Shown: positions 15,990 to 23,593 of the stretch, piece after piece | Layout of the letters: the number at the start of each line of letters is the position of its first letter | Position numbering within the stretch: position 1 is the first letter of the stretch | Assembly: GCA_963676105.1 (NCBI GenBank) | Contig: OY781039.1 | Location: 1,170,001-1,202,000 of the forward strand | DNA length: 32,000 bases | Direction: 5' to 3' | From: Erysipelotrichaceae bacterium | GTDB taxonomy: Bacteria > Bacillota_I > Bacilli_A > Erysipelotrichales > Erysipelotrichaceae | Notes under the pieces: model-generated | What the model was told of the DNA's origin: nothing | The model's input: the letters and a program-made list of their open reading frames with translations, nothing else | The model's database searches: none | Made by a program: the position numbers and the translations under genes

Positions 15990-16154
15990 ATGCTTCTCTC
16001 TCCCCTGATTATTCATATATGTAATTCAACTGAAACGTTTTAGTTTACTTGAATTTAAAACGAGTTTAACATGCAAAATATATAAAAAACATTACTTATT
16101 TAGTATGTTTTCATATTTTTTACATATATTTGAAAATTTTTCATTATATTCAAA

Positions 16155-16182
16155 AATAATTTGTCATTATTCACAAATTATT
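16155..16182. promoter_or_regulatory. Perfect 10-bp inverted repeat AATAATTTGT-N8-ACAAATTATT (candidate operator of the peptide/amidohydrolase operon)
   Basis: Read directly. It sits 7 nt upstream of a minus-strand TATAAT (16143..16148). A second palindrome, TGAAAA-T-TTTTCA, lies at 16131..16143. Confidence 0.3.
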
Positions 16183-16213
16183 GAAATATATTTGCCTATT
16201 TTTGATATAAAAC

Positions 16214-16242
16214 ACAAAAAAAGCAAGTTCTTTCAAACTTGC
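16214..16242 (-). terminator. Rho-independent terminator ending the liv/CBS-ACT operon
   Basis: Stem GCAAGTT(16223..16229)/AACTTGC(16236..16242), followed on the minus strand by a run of T (complement of 16215..16222). Confidence 0.7.
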
Positions 16243-16258
16243 CTTGATTTATAATAGA

Positions 16259-16885
16259 TTATCCAATTTCATCGACAGTATAGCCATGAGATTCCAACAT
16301 CTTTTGAAGTTTCTTATGATCAGTACTATCACAACGAATGTGATAACCATCTTCAATGATAGCTGCATGCGTCACATTAATATTGTTTTCCGCAAAGAGT
16401 TTTGTAAACTCTGCAAGTACACCAATCTTGTTACTTGAGAATTGACCAGAGATACGAGTTGAACCTTCTAATGTATGACCCATGAGTTCAACAAATGTTT
16501 TTAAGACATCCCCTGTCGTAAGAATACCTAATAAAACATTAGCTTCACCAACAACTGGCAAACAACCAATATCCTTCTGTTCCATGATATCAGCCGCTTC
16601 TTCCATCGTCATATTTGGACTAGCAGTCACTACTTTTTTAATCATGATATCTTTTACCGTTGTTTTTGATAAAAGATAATTCATTTCATGCATTGATAGA
16701 GTTGTGAAATTAGATGGTGTATTTTTTTGAATCGTTGTTTGAGTGATTAAACCCACCAACTTTCCATCTTGAGTAACAGGTAAACGATGAATATCGTTAT
16801 CCTTCATGAGATCCAATACTTCGGAAACCGTATTGTCGGGATGAACAGTAATTGGATCAACGGTCATTCTGTGTTTTACATACAT
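16259..16885 (-). CDS. CBS-pair + ACT-domain protein (AcuB-like)
   Basis: 208 aa. Two CBS motifs (IHRLPVTQDGKLVGLIT; IGCLPVVGEANVLLGILT), then an ACT-like C-terminus (GVLAEFTKLFAENNINVTH). SD AGGAGG. It starts 5 nt after the livF stop. Confidence 0.8.
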   Translation of the reverse strand: MYVKHRMTVDPITVHPDNTVSEVLDLMKDNDIHRLPVTQDGKLVGLITQTTIQKNTPSNFTTLSMHEMNYLLSKTTVKDIMIKKVVTASPNMTMEEAADIMEQKDIGCLPVVGEANVLLGILTTGDVLKTFVELMGHTLEGSTRISGQFSSNKIGVLAEFTKLFAENNINVTHAAIIEDGYHIRCDSTDHKKLQKMLESHGYTVDEIG

Positions 16886-16890
16886 AAAGA

Positions 16891-17595
16891 TTAACCTCCT
16901 AGGTAGACTTTCTGTACTTCTTCAGATTCCATTAATTCTTTACCTGTACCAGATAGAACAATGTTTCCTGTTTCAAGTACATAAGCTCTGTTTGCAATTT
17001 TTAACGCTTGCATCGCGTTTTGTTCAACTAAGAGTATAGTTGTACCTTCATCGTTAATTTCCTTAATGATATTAAAGATTTCTTTAACAAGAAGTGGCGC
17101 TAAGCCCATTGATGGTTCATCTAATAATAGAAGTTTTGGTTTCGCCATCAATGCACGTGACATCGCAAGCATTTGTTGCTCACCACCAGATAAGGTAGCT
17201 GCATCTTGATTACGACGTTTATATAAGATTTCAAATCGTTTATAAATTTTTTCTAAATCTTCTTTAATACCTTCTTTGTCTTTTCTTAGATAGGCACCCA
17301 TTAATAGATTTTCATAAACAGACATACCTTTAAAGATACGACGTCCTTCAGGAACTTGGACTAAACCAGTACTAGGTAATTTTTCAGCAGCTTGATTAAC
17401 CACTTCTTGACCCAAATACATGATTGAACCAGATGTTGGAGTAATAAGACCACTAATCGTTCTAAGTAAAGTCGTTTTACCCGCACCATTAGATCCAATA
17501 AGCGAAACAATTTCGCCCTCTTCTACTTCTATATTAACATCTTTTAATGCGTGGATGACGCCATAGTAAACATTTAAATCTGTGACCTTTAACAT
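16891..17595 (-). CDS. livF: Branched-chain amino acid ABC transporter ATP-binding protein LivF
   Basis: 234 aa. Walker A GSNGAGKTT, signature LSGGEQQML, Walker B LLLDEPS. Typical LivF length and C-terminus (VQKVYLGG). Confidence 0.9.
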   Translation of the reverse strand: MLKVTDLNVYYGVIHALKDVNIEVEEGEIVSLIGSNGAGKTTLLRTISGLITPTSGSIMYLGQEVVNQAAEKLPSTGLVQVPEGRRIFKGMSVYENLLMGAYLRKDKEGIKEDLEKIYKRFEILYKRRNQDAATLSGGEQQMLAMSRALMAKPKLLLLDEPSMGLAPLLVKEIFNIIKEINDEGTTILLVEQNAMQALKIANRAYVLETGNIVLSGTGKELMESEEVQKVYLGG

Positions 17596-18377
17596 TACTC
17601 TGCTTCCTCCTCACCCAAATAAGCTTCAATTACTTTAGGATTATTCTTAATTTCTTCAGCATTGCCTTGGGCAATTAATTTTCCATAATCTAATACAAAG
17701 ATACGTTCGCAAATTTGCATAACCAATGACATATCATGTTCAATCAAAACAATGGTTAAACCCATTTCTTTTCTAATCTTCGCAATAAATTTAGTTAACG
17801 CGGCTGTTTCATTAGGGTTCATTCCGGCAGCAGGTTCATCTAAGAAAAGTAGTTTAGCTCCAGTTGCCATCGCACGCGCAATCTCAAGTTGACGTTGTTT
17901 ACCATATGGTAAGTTCTTTGCTTGAGCATAAGCTAAATTATCCAAATCAACTGTCTTTAAAAACTCATGTGCACGCTTATCAATATCTTCTTCTGAAGAA
18001 TAGAATTTCGGACTACGAGTTAGAGCTCCAAACAACCCATACTTAACCTGCTCGTTCATCGCAATTTTTACATTATCAATAACCGTTAAATCTTTAAATA
18101 ATCGAATATTTTGGAAGGTACGCGCAACACCTTGATGCGTGATTTTATATGGAGGGAATTTATTTAATTCAATTTCTTTACCACTGTGGTTCAAAAGCAC
18201 ACGACCAGTGGTTGGTTTATAAACACCAGTTAATACATTAAACAATGTTGTTTTACCAGCGCCATTTGGACCAATTAAACCAACAAGTTCTCCCTCATCA
18301 ACAGTAAGAGATACATTTGAAACCGCTGTTAAACCACCAAAACTTTTGGTGATTTTATCAATTGTAAGTAAACTCAT
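17595..18377 (-). CDS. livG: Branched-chain amino acid ABC transporter ATP-binding protein LivG
   Basis: 260 aa. Walker A GPNGAGKTT, LPYGKQRQLEIARA, Walker B LFLDEPAAG, and the LivG C-terminal motif (VIEAYLG). Confidence 0.9.
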   Translation of the reverse strand: MSLLTIDKITKSFGGLTAVSNVSLTVDEGELVGLIGPNGAGKTTLFNVLTGVYKPTTGRVLLNHSGKEIELNKFPPYKITHQGVARTFQNIRLFKDLTVIDNVKIAMNEQVKYGLFGALTRSPKFYSSEEDIDKRAHEFLKTVDLDNLAYAQAKNLPYGKQRQLEIARAMATGAKLLFLDEPAAGMNPNETAALTKFIAKIRKEMGLTIVLIEHDMSLVMQICERIFVLDYGKLIAQGNAEEIKNNPKVIEAYLGEEEAE

Positions 18378-19346
18378 TTATTTAGCCCCCTTACTGAATT
18401 TGTTTTTAATAGAACTTAGATCCGGCAATATCTTTAAGCTTAATTCTTTTGTACCCATTAATCCTTCAGGTCTAAAGATCATTACGATAATTAAAACCAA
18501 TGAATAAAGAATCATACGAATTTCTGCATATGGTTGTAAGAATAGATTGATTAAACCAATGAAGATCGTCGCAATAATAGAACCTGTTAAAGAACCTAGA
18601 CCACCAAATACAACAATAATTAAAATATTAATAGATGTGTTAACACCAAATGTCTCAGGTTTAACAACATAATAAGTTGTCGCAAATAAAGCGCCTGCGA
18701 TAGATGCAAGTACAGCCCCGAAGATAAAGGCAATAACTTTATACTTGGTTGTATTAATTCCCATAGCTTCAGCTGCGATTTCATCTTCACGAACAGAAAC
18801 GCAAGCACGCCCAATCGATGAGTTTTTAAAGTTAGCGCTTAAAATTAAAGCAACTACCGCAAATATGTAAATAAGTGGAAAGTTTACAAGCTTCGCAATA
18901 TTAGAGATTCCTGATGCGCCATTTGTAATTTCCATATTTAAAATAACAATACGGATGATTTCTCCAACACCTAAAGTCGCAATCGCAAGATAGTCACCTT
19001 TTAGACGAAGGGTAGGCATTGCAACCGCAAAGGATACAATTCCTGAAATAACTGCACCAATTCCCATACCAATTAATAAACCAATTAAATCTGGTTGGTC
19101 TTTTAGTACAATAGCAGCCGCATAAGCACCTATAGACATAAACCCTGCATGACCTAAGGACAATTGACCGGTAATACCTATGACAATATTTAAACTTGCA
19201 CCTAAAATTGCATAGATACCAATCCAGTAAAGTATGGTTCTGTAATAAGGCGTAATGACACGAATATCAATTAAAAATTGAGTAATAAAATAAATAACAA
19301 CTAAGGCAACAGCCCATAAAAGATTTGTTTTATTAAAGAGTTTCAT
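18378..19346 (-). CDS. livM: Branched-chain amino acid ABC transporter permease LivM
   Basis: Polytopic permease. The preferred start is the ATG at 19346 (MKLFNK), preceded by GGAG and 1 nt after the livH stop. The ORF-track start at 19397 would overlap livH by 50 nt. Confidence 0.9.
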   Translation of the reverse strand: MKLFNKTNLLWAVALVVIYFITQFLIDIRVITPYYRTILYWIGIYAILGASLNIVIGITGQLSLGHAGFMSIGAYAAAIVLKDQPDLIGLLIGMGIGAVISGIVSFAVAMPTLRLKGDYLAIATLGVGEIIRIVILNMEITNGASGISNIAKLVNFPLIYIFAVVALILSANFKNSSIGRACVSVREDEIAAEAMGINTTKYKVIAFIFGAVLASIAGALFATTYYVVKPETFGVNTSINILIIVVFGGLGSLTGSIIATIFIGLINLFLQPYAEIRMILYSLVLIIVMIFRPEGLMGTKELSLKILPDLSSIKNKFSKGAK

Positions 19347-19347
19347 A

Positions 19348-20226
19348 TTAGACTTTCTCCTTAACATTTTTACCAAGTAAACCAGAAGGTTTAACAATTA
19401 ATACAACAATTAAAATCGCATAAACAACTGCATCTTTATATAATGATGAACCATAACCCGCAACTAGTGTTTCAATTAAACCAATCGCAAAGCCACCAAA
19501 CATCGCACCCGGAATAATTCCGATACCACCTAAAACAGCCGCAACGAAAGCTTTAATACCAGGTGTGAATCCCATAAATGGGGATACTTTAATATATAGT
19601 AAACCAACCATGATCCCTGCCGCTGCCGCTAAAGCAGAACCAATCGCAAAGGTCATCGTGATAGTATTATCAACATTAACACCCATCAGTGTAGCCGCAT
19701 CTTTATCGGCCGCAACACTACGCATTGCACGACCAATTTTTGTTTTTTGAACAATAAAAGTTAATGCAATCATAAGGGCAATTGCTGTAAAGAAAATTAC
19801 AACTCTTAATAAATCGAACCGTACACCACCAATAACAAACTGTGTACTTGGAATAACTTGTGGGAAAGCATAAATATTTGCTCCCATAATAACTAGGGTT
19901 AAGTTTTGTACTAAAAATGAAACGCCAATTGCAGTAATCAAAGCTGCAACACGTGTAGATTTACGTAAAGGCTTATAAGCAATACGTTCAATAATCACAC
20001 CAAATAGTGCGGTGATGGCCATGGCTAGTGGAAATGCTACGTAAATTGGTAAACCAACTTGGGAGATCAAAAGCATCCCAGTATACGCACCAAACATAAA
20101 AATTTCACCATGAGCGAAGTTAATGAGTTTAATGATTCCATAAACCATCGTGTATCCAAGCGCAATTAACGCATAAACACTCCCGATAGAAAGGCCATTA
20201 ACAACTTGTTGTAGAAATTGTGTCAT
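19348..20226 (-). CDS. livH: Branched-chain amino acid ABC transporter permease LivH
   Basis: 292 aa. N-terminal QQVVNGLSIGSVYALIALGYTMVYG is characteristic of LivH. SD AAGGGAGA. Confidence 0.9.
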   Translation of the reverse strand: MTQFLQQVVNGLSIGSVYALIALGYTMVYGIIKLINFAHGEIFMFGAYTGMLLISQVGLPIYVAFPLAMAITALFGVIIERIAYKPLRKSTRVAALITAIGVSFLVQNLTLVIMGANIYAFPQVIPSTQFVIGGVRFDLLRVVIFFTAIALMIALTFIVQKTKIGRAMRSVAADKDAATLMGVNVDNTITMTFAIGSALAAAAGIMVGLLYIKVSPFMGFTPGIKAFVAAVLGGIGIIPGAMFGGFAIGLIETLVAGYGSSLYKDAVVYAILIVVLIVKPSGLLGKNVKEKV

Positions 20227-20265
20227 AATGTCTCCCTTTTAAAACAACATAATTATAATAAAGAA

Positions 20266-20293
20266 ACAGGTGAAAGGATACCCTCTCACCTGT
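20266..20293 (-). terminator. Intercistronic 12-bp stem-loop between livK and livH (partial terminator or mRNA stabiliser)
   Basis: ACAGGTGAAAGG-ATAC-CCTCTCACCTGT. The single mismatch becomes a G-U pair only in the minus-strand RNA. It is followed by TTCTTTATT. This placement is common after SBP genes and is thought to raise the ratio of SBP to permease. Confidence 0.5.
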
Positions 20294-20317
20294 CTAATTT
20301 TTAATTCTTAATTCAGA

Positions 20318-21463
20318 TTAAGGATTAACGATAGTTGCAGTAACTTGTTCACCATCTTGAAGTTCAACAACAACCGCAGATTTGATTGGGTTGTGTAGTT
20401 CATCAAATGAGATAGTACCTGTAACACCAGCGAAGTTAGAAACTTGTTCTAAAGCATCACGAACAGCAACAGGATCGTTACCACCAACTGAAATAGCTTC
20501 AAATAACATGTAAGCAGCATCATAAGCTAAAGCACTTAAAGCACTTGGAGCTTCACCAGCATATTCTGTATATGCAGCAATGAAGTCTTGAACTTTTGCA
20601 TCTTCAGATAATGTTGAGAAGTGAGTTGAGAAGTAAACATCGTTTACATTTTCAGCACCACCAGCTAAGTCATTAAGATCAGGTGATTCGAAACCATCTG
20701 GACCAACGATCGCAACATCAATACCCATAGCACGAGCTTGACCGATAATTAAACCAGCACGTTCTGCATAGTCAGCGATGAATAATACATCAAAGTCAGC
20801 AGCGCTAATAGCTGTTAATTGAGCTGAGAAATCTGTATCAGTATCTGTGTAGTACTCAGTAGCTACAACAGAACCAGCAAAGTTTTCTTCGAAAACAGCC
20901 GCTAATTCTTTAGCATAGTCAGATGAATCTGAACCCATGATAGCCGCAGAAGTTGCGCCTAATTCATTAGCAGCAAAGTTCGCAATAACGACACCTTGGA
21001 AAGGATCAATAAAGCAAGAACGGAATACCCAAGGATTAACTGCTTCGCCGTCTAAAGTAACAGCTGAGTTAGTTCCTGAAGGTGTGAAAGTTAATACTTC
21101 ATATTCTTTTGCAACAGGACCGATCGCTAAAGTAGGACCAGAAGTTGCAGAACCTAACATAGCGACAACGCCATCTTCGGTTGCAAGTTTTGTAGCATTT
21201 TCAACAGCTTTAGCTGTGTCATATGCATTATCATATTCAACAGTTTCAATCATGGCACCATTGATACCACCAGCTGCATTAATTTCTTCAACAGCCATAG
21301 AGATAGCAACTTGCTCAGGTGTACCGTAAACAGCAACAGGACCAGTTAACTCTAAGTTAAGACCGATTTTAATTGTTTCTGCTTCTGCAGGTTCTGATGA
21401 ACAAGCAGTTAGACCCATGAGAGAAATTGCAACTACAGATAATAAAGCTAAAAATCTCTTCAT
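20318..21463 (-). CDS. livK: Branched-chain amino acid ABC transporter substrate-binding lipoprotein (LivJ/LivK-like)
   Basis: 381 aa. Signal peptide with lipobox (SLMGLTAC). Type I periplasmic-binding-protein features (IKIGLNLELTGPVAVYG...). SD GGAGGG. Confidence 0.9.
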   Translation of the reverse strand: MKRFLALLSVVAISLMGLTACSSEPAEAETIKIGLNLELTGPVAVYGTPEQVAISMAVEEINAAGGINGAMIETVEYDNAYDTAKAVENATKLATEDGVVAMLGSATSGPTLAIGPVAKEYEVLTFTPSGTNSAVTLDGEAVNPWVFRSCFIDPFQGVVIANFAANELGATSAAIMGSDSSDYAKELAAVFEENFAGSVVATEYYTDTDTDFSAQLTAISAADFDVLFIADYAERAGLIIGQARAMGIDVAIVGPDGFESPDLNDLAGGAENVNDVYFSTHFSTLSEDAKVQDFIAAYTEYAGEAPSALSALAYDAAYMLFEAISVGGNDPVAVRDALEQVSNFAGVTGTISFDELHNPIKSAVVVELQDGEQVTATIVNP

Positions 21464-21493
21464 AAATTTACCCTCCTATTGGTAATTAAATTG

Positions 21494-21522
21494 ATTATAA
21501 GTGAAAATATTGTGAAATTCAA
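21494..21522 (-). promoter_or_regulatory. Sigma-A-type promoter of the liv operon
   Basis: Minus strand: TTGAAT (21517..21522), a 17-nt spacer, TATAAT (21494..21499). It lies about 30 nt upstream of the SD. Confidence 0.5.
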
Positions 21523-21536
21523 TAAATTTGTTACAT

Positions 21537-21551
21537 AAATTTCTGAAAATT
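21537..21551. promoter_or_regulatory. CodY-box-like element AAATTTCTGAAAATT
   Basis: 14/15 match to the Firmicute CodY consensus AATTTTCWGAAAATT, located 15 nt upstream of the predicted liv -35. Confidence 0.4.
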
Positions 21552-21586
21552 CTTACATTAATGAAATTATATTAGTATTTGTGAAA

Positions 21587-21614
21587 TAAAAAACTAGCAA
21601 TAGCTAGTTTTTTT
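21587..21614. terminator. Bidirectional rho-independent terminator after tRNA-Lys
   Basis: AAAAA-ACTAGC-AATA-GCTAGT-TTTTTT. A- and T-runs flank the stem on both sides. Confidence 0.7.
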
Positions 21615-21622
21615 GAAATTTA

Positions 21623-21698
21623 TGGTGACTCGTCAGGGGCTCGAACCCTGGACCCACTGATTAAGAGTCAGTTGCTCTGCCAACTGAGCTAACGAGTC
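21623..21698 (-). tRNA. tRNA-Lys (anticodon CTT), CCA encoded
   Basis: Reverse complement GACTCGT-TA-GCTCAGTTGGCAGAGC-A-ACTGA-CTCTTAA-TCAGT-GGGTC-CAGGGTTCGAGCCCCTG-ACGAGTC-ACCA. 76 nt. Confidence 0.9.
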
Positions 21699-21712
21699 AA
21701 AAAGGCTTTTTC

Positions 21713-21741
21713 ATAATAGCTTATTTTAATGCTAAGTTCAA
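21713..21741 (-). promoter_or_regulatory. Sigma-A-type promoter for tRNA-Lys
   Basis: Minus strand: TTGAAC (21736..21741), a 17-nt spacer, TATTAT (21713..21718). It lies 14 nt upstream of the tRNA 5' end. Confidence 0.5.
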
Positions 21742-21811
21742 GAAATGTTATATGCATTTGCCTTGTTTATATTTATCCTTATTATTATAGTAAAAATATA
21801 GGAGGATACTT

Positions 21812-22009
21812 ATGCCAAAAAATATGGGAAAAATTGATCGAATTATTAGAATTATCTTAGCTGTTGTACTTGTTTTTGTAGCATCTAGTAGCGGCAGTAC
21901 TTCTAGTCTTTATTTACCACTTATCGTATTTGGTGCAATACTAGTTGTCACATCTACAATTGGTACTTGCCCTCTTTACATTCCTTTTAAGATCAACACG
22001 AAAAAGTAG
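21812..22009 (+). CDS. DUF2892 (YgaP-type) small membrane protein
   Basis: 65 aa. The N-terminal MGKIDRIIRIILAVVL motif and the C-terminal GTCPLY motif are characteristic of DUF2892. SD AGGAGG. Confidence 0.7.
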   Translation: MPKNMGKIDRIIRIILAVVLVFVASSSGSTSSLYLPLIVFGAILVVTSTIGTCPLYIPFKINTKK

Positions 22010-22028
22010 CCGATGGTTACTTTTTTCT
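22002..22028 (+). terminator. Rho-independent terminator after the DUF2892 gene
   Basis: AAGTAGCC-GAT-GGTTACTT (one G-U pair) followed by a run of 7 T. The stop codon lies within the stem. Confidence 0.55.
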
Positions 22029-22057
22029 TCTATAATAAGATTTAGGAGAATTTAGTT

Positions 22058-22576
22058 ATGAATATAATATATCGAACCGCTATAAAAACAGATGCACGAG
22101 CAATTTTAGATTATCTTGATAAAATTGGCTGTGAAACTGATAATTTAACCTTTGGCGAAGAAGGTATCGGCTATACTTTAGAAGATGAAGAAACCGCGAT
22201 AGAAAAAGTAAATGATAGTGATAATCAAGTTATGTATTTAGCACTTGATAATAATAAAGTTGTATCAGTTGCGAATCTATCAGCTTCATCACGTCCACGT
22301 ATGAAACATTTTGCAACATTAGGCATTAGCGTCCTCAAAGATTATTGGCAACAGGGCATCGCAACCCAAATGATGAAACGATTGATGGAATTCGCAGAAA
22401 AAAATGATGTATTAGAAGTTGTACGCTTAGACGTACGAAGCGATAATACTCACGCTATTCACTTGTATGAAAACTTTGGTTTTGAAAAATATGGTGTCTT
22501 TAAAGAAGAAATGAAAATCAATGGAGAATATATCTCAACCGACAATATGAGAGTGTTACTAAAAAAGGGAAAATAA
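22058..22576 (+). CDS. GNAT-family N-acetyltransferase
   Basis: 172 aa. The acetyl-CoA-binding region WQQGIATQMMKRLMEFA and the C-terminal AIHLYENFGFEKYG are typical of the GNAT fold. Confidence 0.85.
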   Translation: MNIIYRTAIKTDARAILDYLDKIGCETDNLTFGEEGIGYTLEDEETAIEKVNDSDNQVMYLALDNNKVVSVANLSASSRPRMKHFATLGISVLKDYWQQGIATQMMKRLMEFAEKNDVLEVVRLDVRSDNTHAIHLYENFGFEKYGVFKEEMKINGEYISTDNMRVLLKKGK

Positions 22577-22587
22577 ATCCCTTTTTT
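22561..22587. terminator. Bidirectional terminator between the convergent GNAT and response-regulator genes
   Basis: AAAAAA-GGGA-AAATAAA-TCCC-TTTTTT (stem AAGGGA/TCCCTT). Confidence 0.6.
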
Positions 22588-23593
22588 ACTGCATTGTTTT
22601 ATAAACAATTTCTAATTGTAGCTTCTGTTTTTCAAAGGCATCTACGATCGCTGGATCAAATTGTTTACCTTTTTGACTGATTATTTCATTAAAACCTTCT
22701 TCAAAGGTCCAAGCCTTTTTATACACACGTTTAGATGTTAAGGCATCAAAGACATCGCTCACTGAACAGATTCGTGCATATGGATGAATTTTATCGCCAG
22801 CCAACGCATTTGGATAACCTGTTCCATCATATCTCTCATGGTGTTGAGCACAGATAATGGATGCTGCATACATGAAACGATCATCCGTATCACCCAATAT
22901 TTCTCCACCAATCAACGTATGCTTTTTCATGACTTCGTATTCTTCATCTGTGTACTTTCCTGGTTTATTGAGAATCGAATCTTCGATTCCAATTTTTCCT
23001 ACATCATGTAGTTGAACAGCTAAAGATATAATTTCTATTTCACTTGGGCTAAAGCCTAAACCTTCAGCAATTAATGCAGAATAATTTGACACTCTTTGCA
23101 TATGCTTAGCTGTATCGTGTTCCTTGTATTCAGCTGCTAAAGCTAATCGTTTAATTAGATCCAAACGATTTTGTCTGAGTTCACGCGTTTTATCCTGAAC
23201 TTCAAATTCAATTGAAGCTTTTTTATAACGCAGTGCTAAGTGGTTTTTAATACGCGCCTTAACAATTACTGGACTAATTGGTTTTGTAATATAGTCAACA
23301 GCCCCAACATTGAAACCTTTAACTTCATCCGTCTCTGCCCCCATTGCAGTTACAAAGATAATTGGAATATTTGACGTATATGGATTTCTTTGTAGTGTTT
23401 CTGCAACTTCATAACCATCCATATCAGGCATCATAATATCTAATAGGATAATATCAGGATGAAATGAGTTTGCGATTTTAATCGCAGTCTTACCATTTGT
23501 CGCCACCTTTAGGTTAAAATCTGATTCGAGTGCTGACTTTAACACCTGAATGTTCTCAACTGCATCGTCAACAATTAATACGGTAAAATTCAT
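22586..23593 (-). CDS. Response regulator with REC + HD-GYP domain (RpfG-type cyclic-di-GMP phosphodiesterase)
   Basis: 335 aa. REC (LIVDD...ILLDIMMPDMDG...TA...KP). HD (QLHDVGKIG) and HHERYDGTGYP (the GYP motif). ATGA overlap with the upstream kinase gene. Confidence 0.9.
   Translation of the reverse strand: MNFTVLIVDDAVENIQVLKSALESDFNLKVATNGKTAIKIANSFHPDIILLDIMMPDMDGYEVAETLQRNPYTSNIPIIFVTAMGAETDEVKGFNVGAVDYITKPISPVIVKARIKNHLALRYKKASIEFEVQDKTRELRQNRLDLIKRLALAAEYKEHDTAKHMQRVSNYSALIAEGLGFSPSEIEIISLAVQLHDVGKIGIEDSILNKPGKYTDEEYEVMKKHTLIGGEILGDTDDRFMYAASIICAQHHERYDGTGYPNALAGDKIHPYARICSVSDVFDALTSKRVYKKAWTFEEGFNEIISQKGKQFDPAIVDAFEKQKLQLEIVYKTMQ

Noticed and set aside
16017-16213. T-box or riboswitch in the ~170-200-nt leaders of the peptide/amidohydrolase and liv operons
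   Set aside because: No specifier-loop or T-box sequence (AGGGUGGNACCGCG-like) and no conserved riboswitch cores are visible. Only a weak CGTTTTA/TAAAACG hairpin (16036..16062) is present.
16244-16679. Plus-strand ORFs 16244..16438 and 16482..16679
   Set aside because: They run antisense to the CBS-ACT gene. The first also overlaps the operon terminator.
17864-19750. ORFs 17864..18046 (+), 18620..18814 (-) and 19565..19750 (+)
   Set aside because: They run antisense to, or out of frame within, livG, livM and livH. The liv frames are supported by ABC and permease motifs.
20937-21329. 130-aa plus-strand ORF
   Set aside because: It runs antisense within the LivK-like SBP gene. The Ala/Ser/Thr/Pro-rich sequence is typical of a reverse frame.
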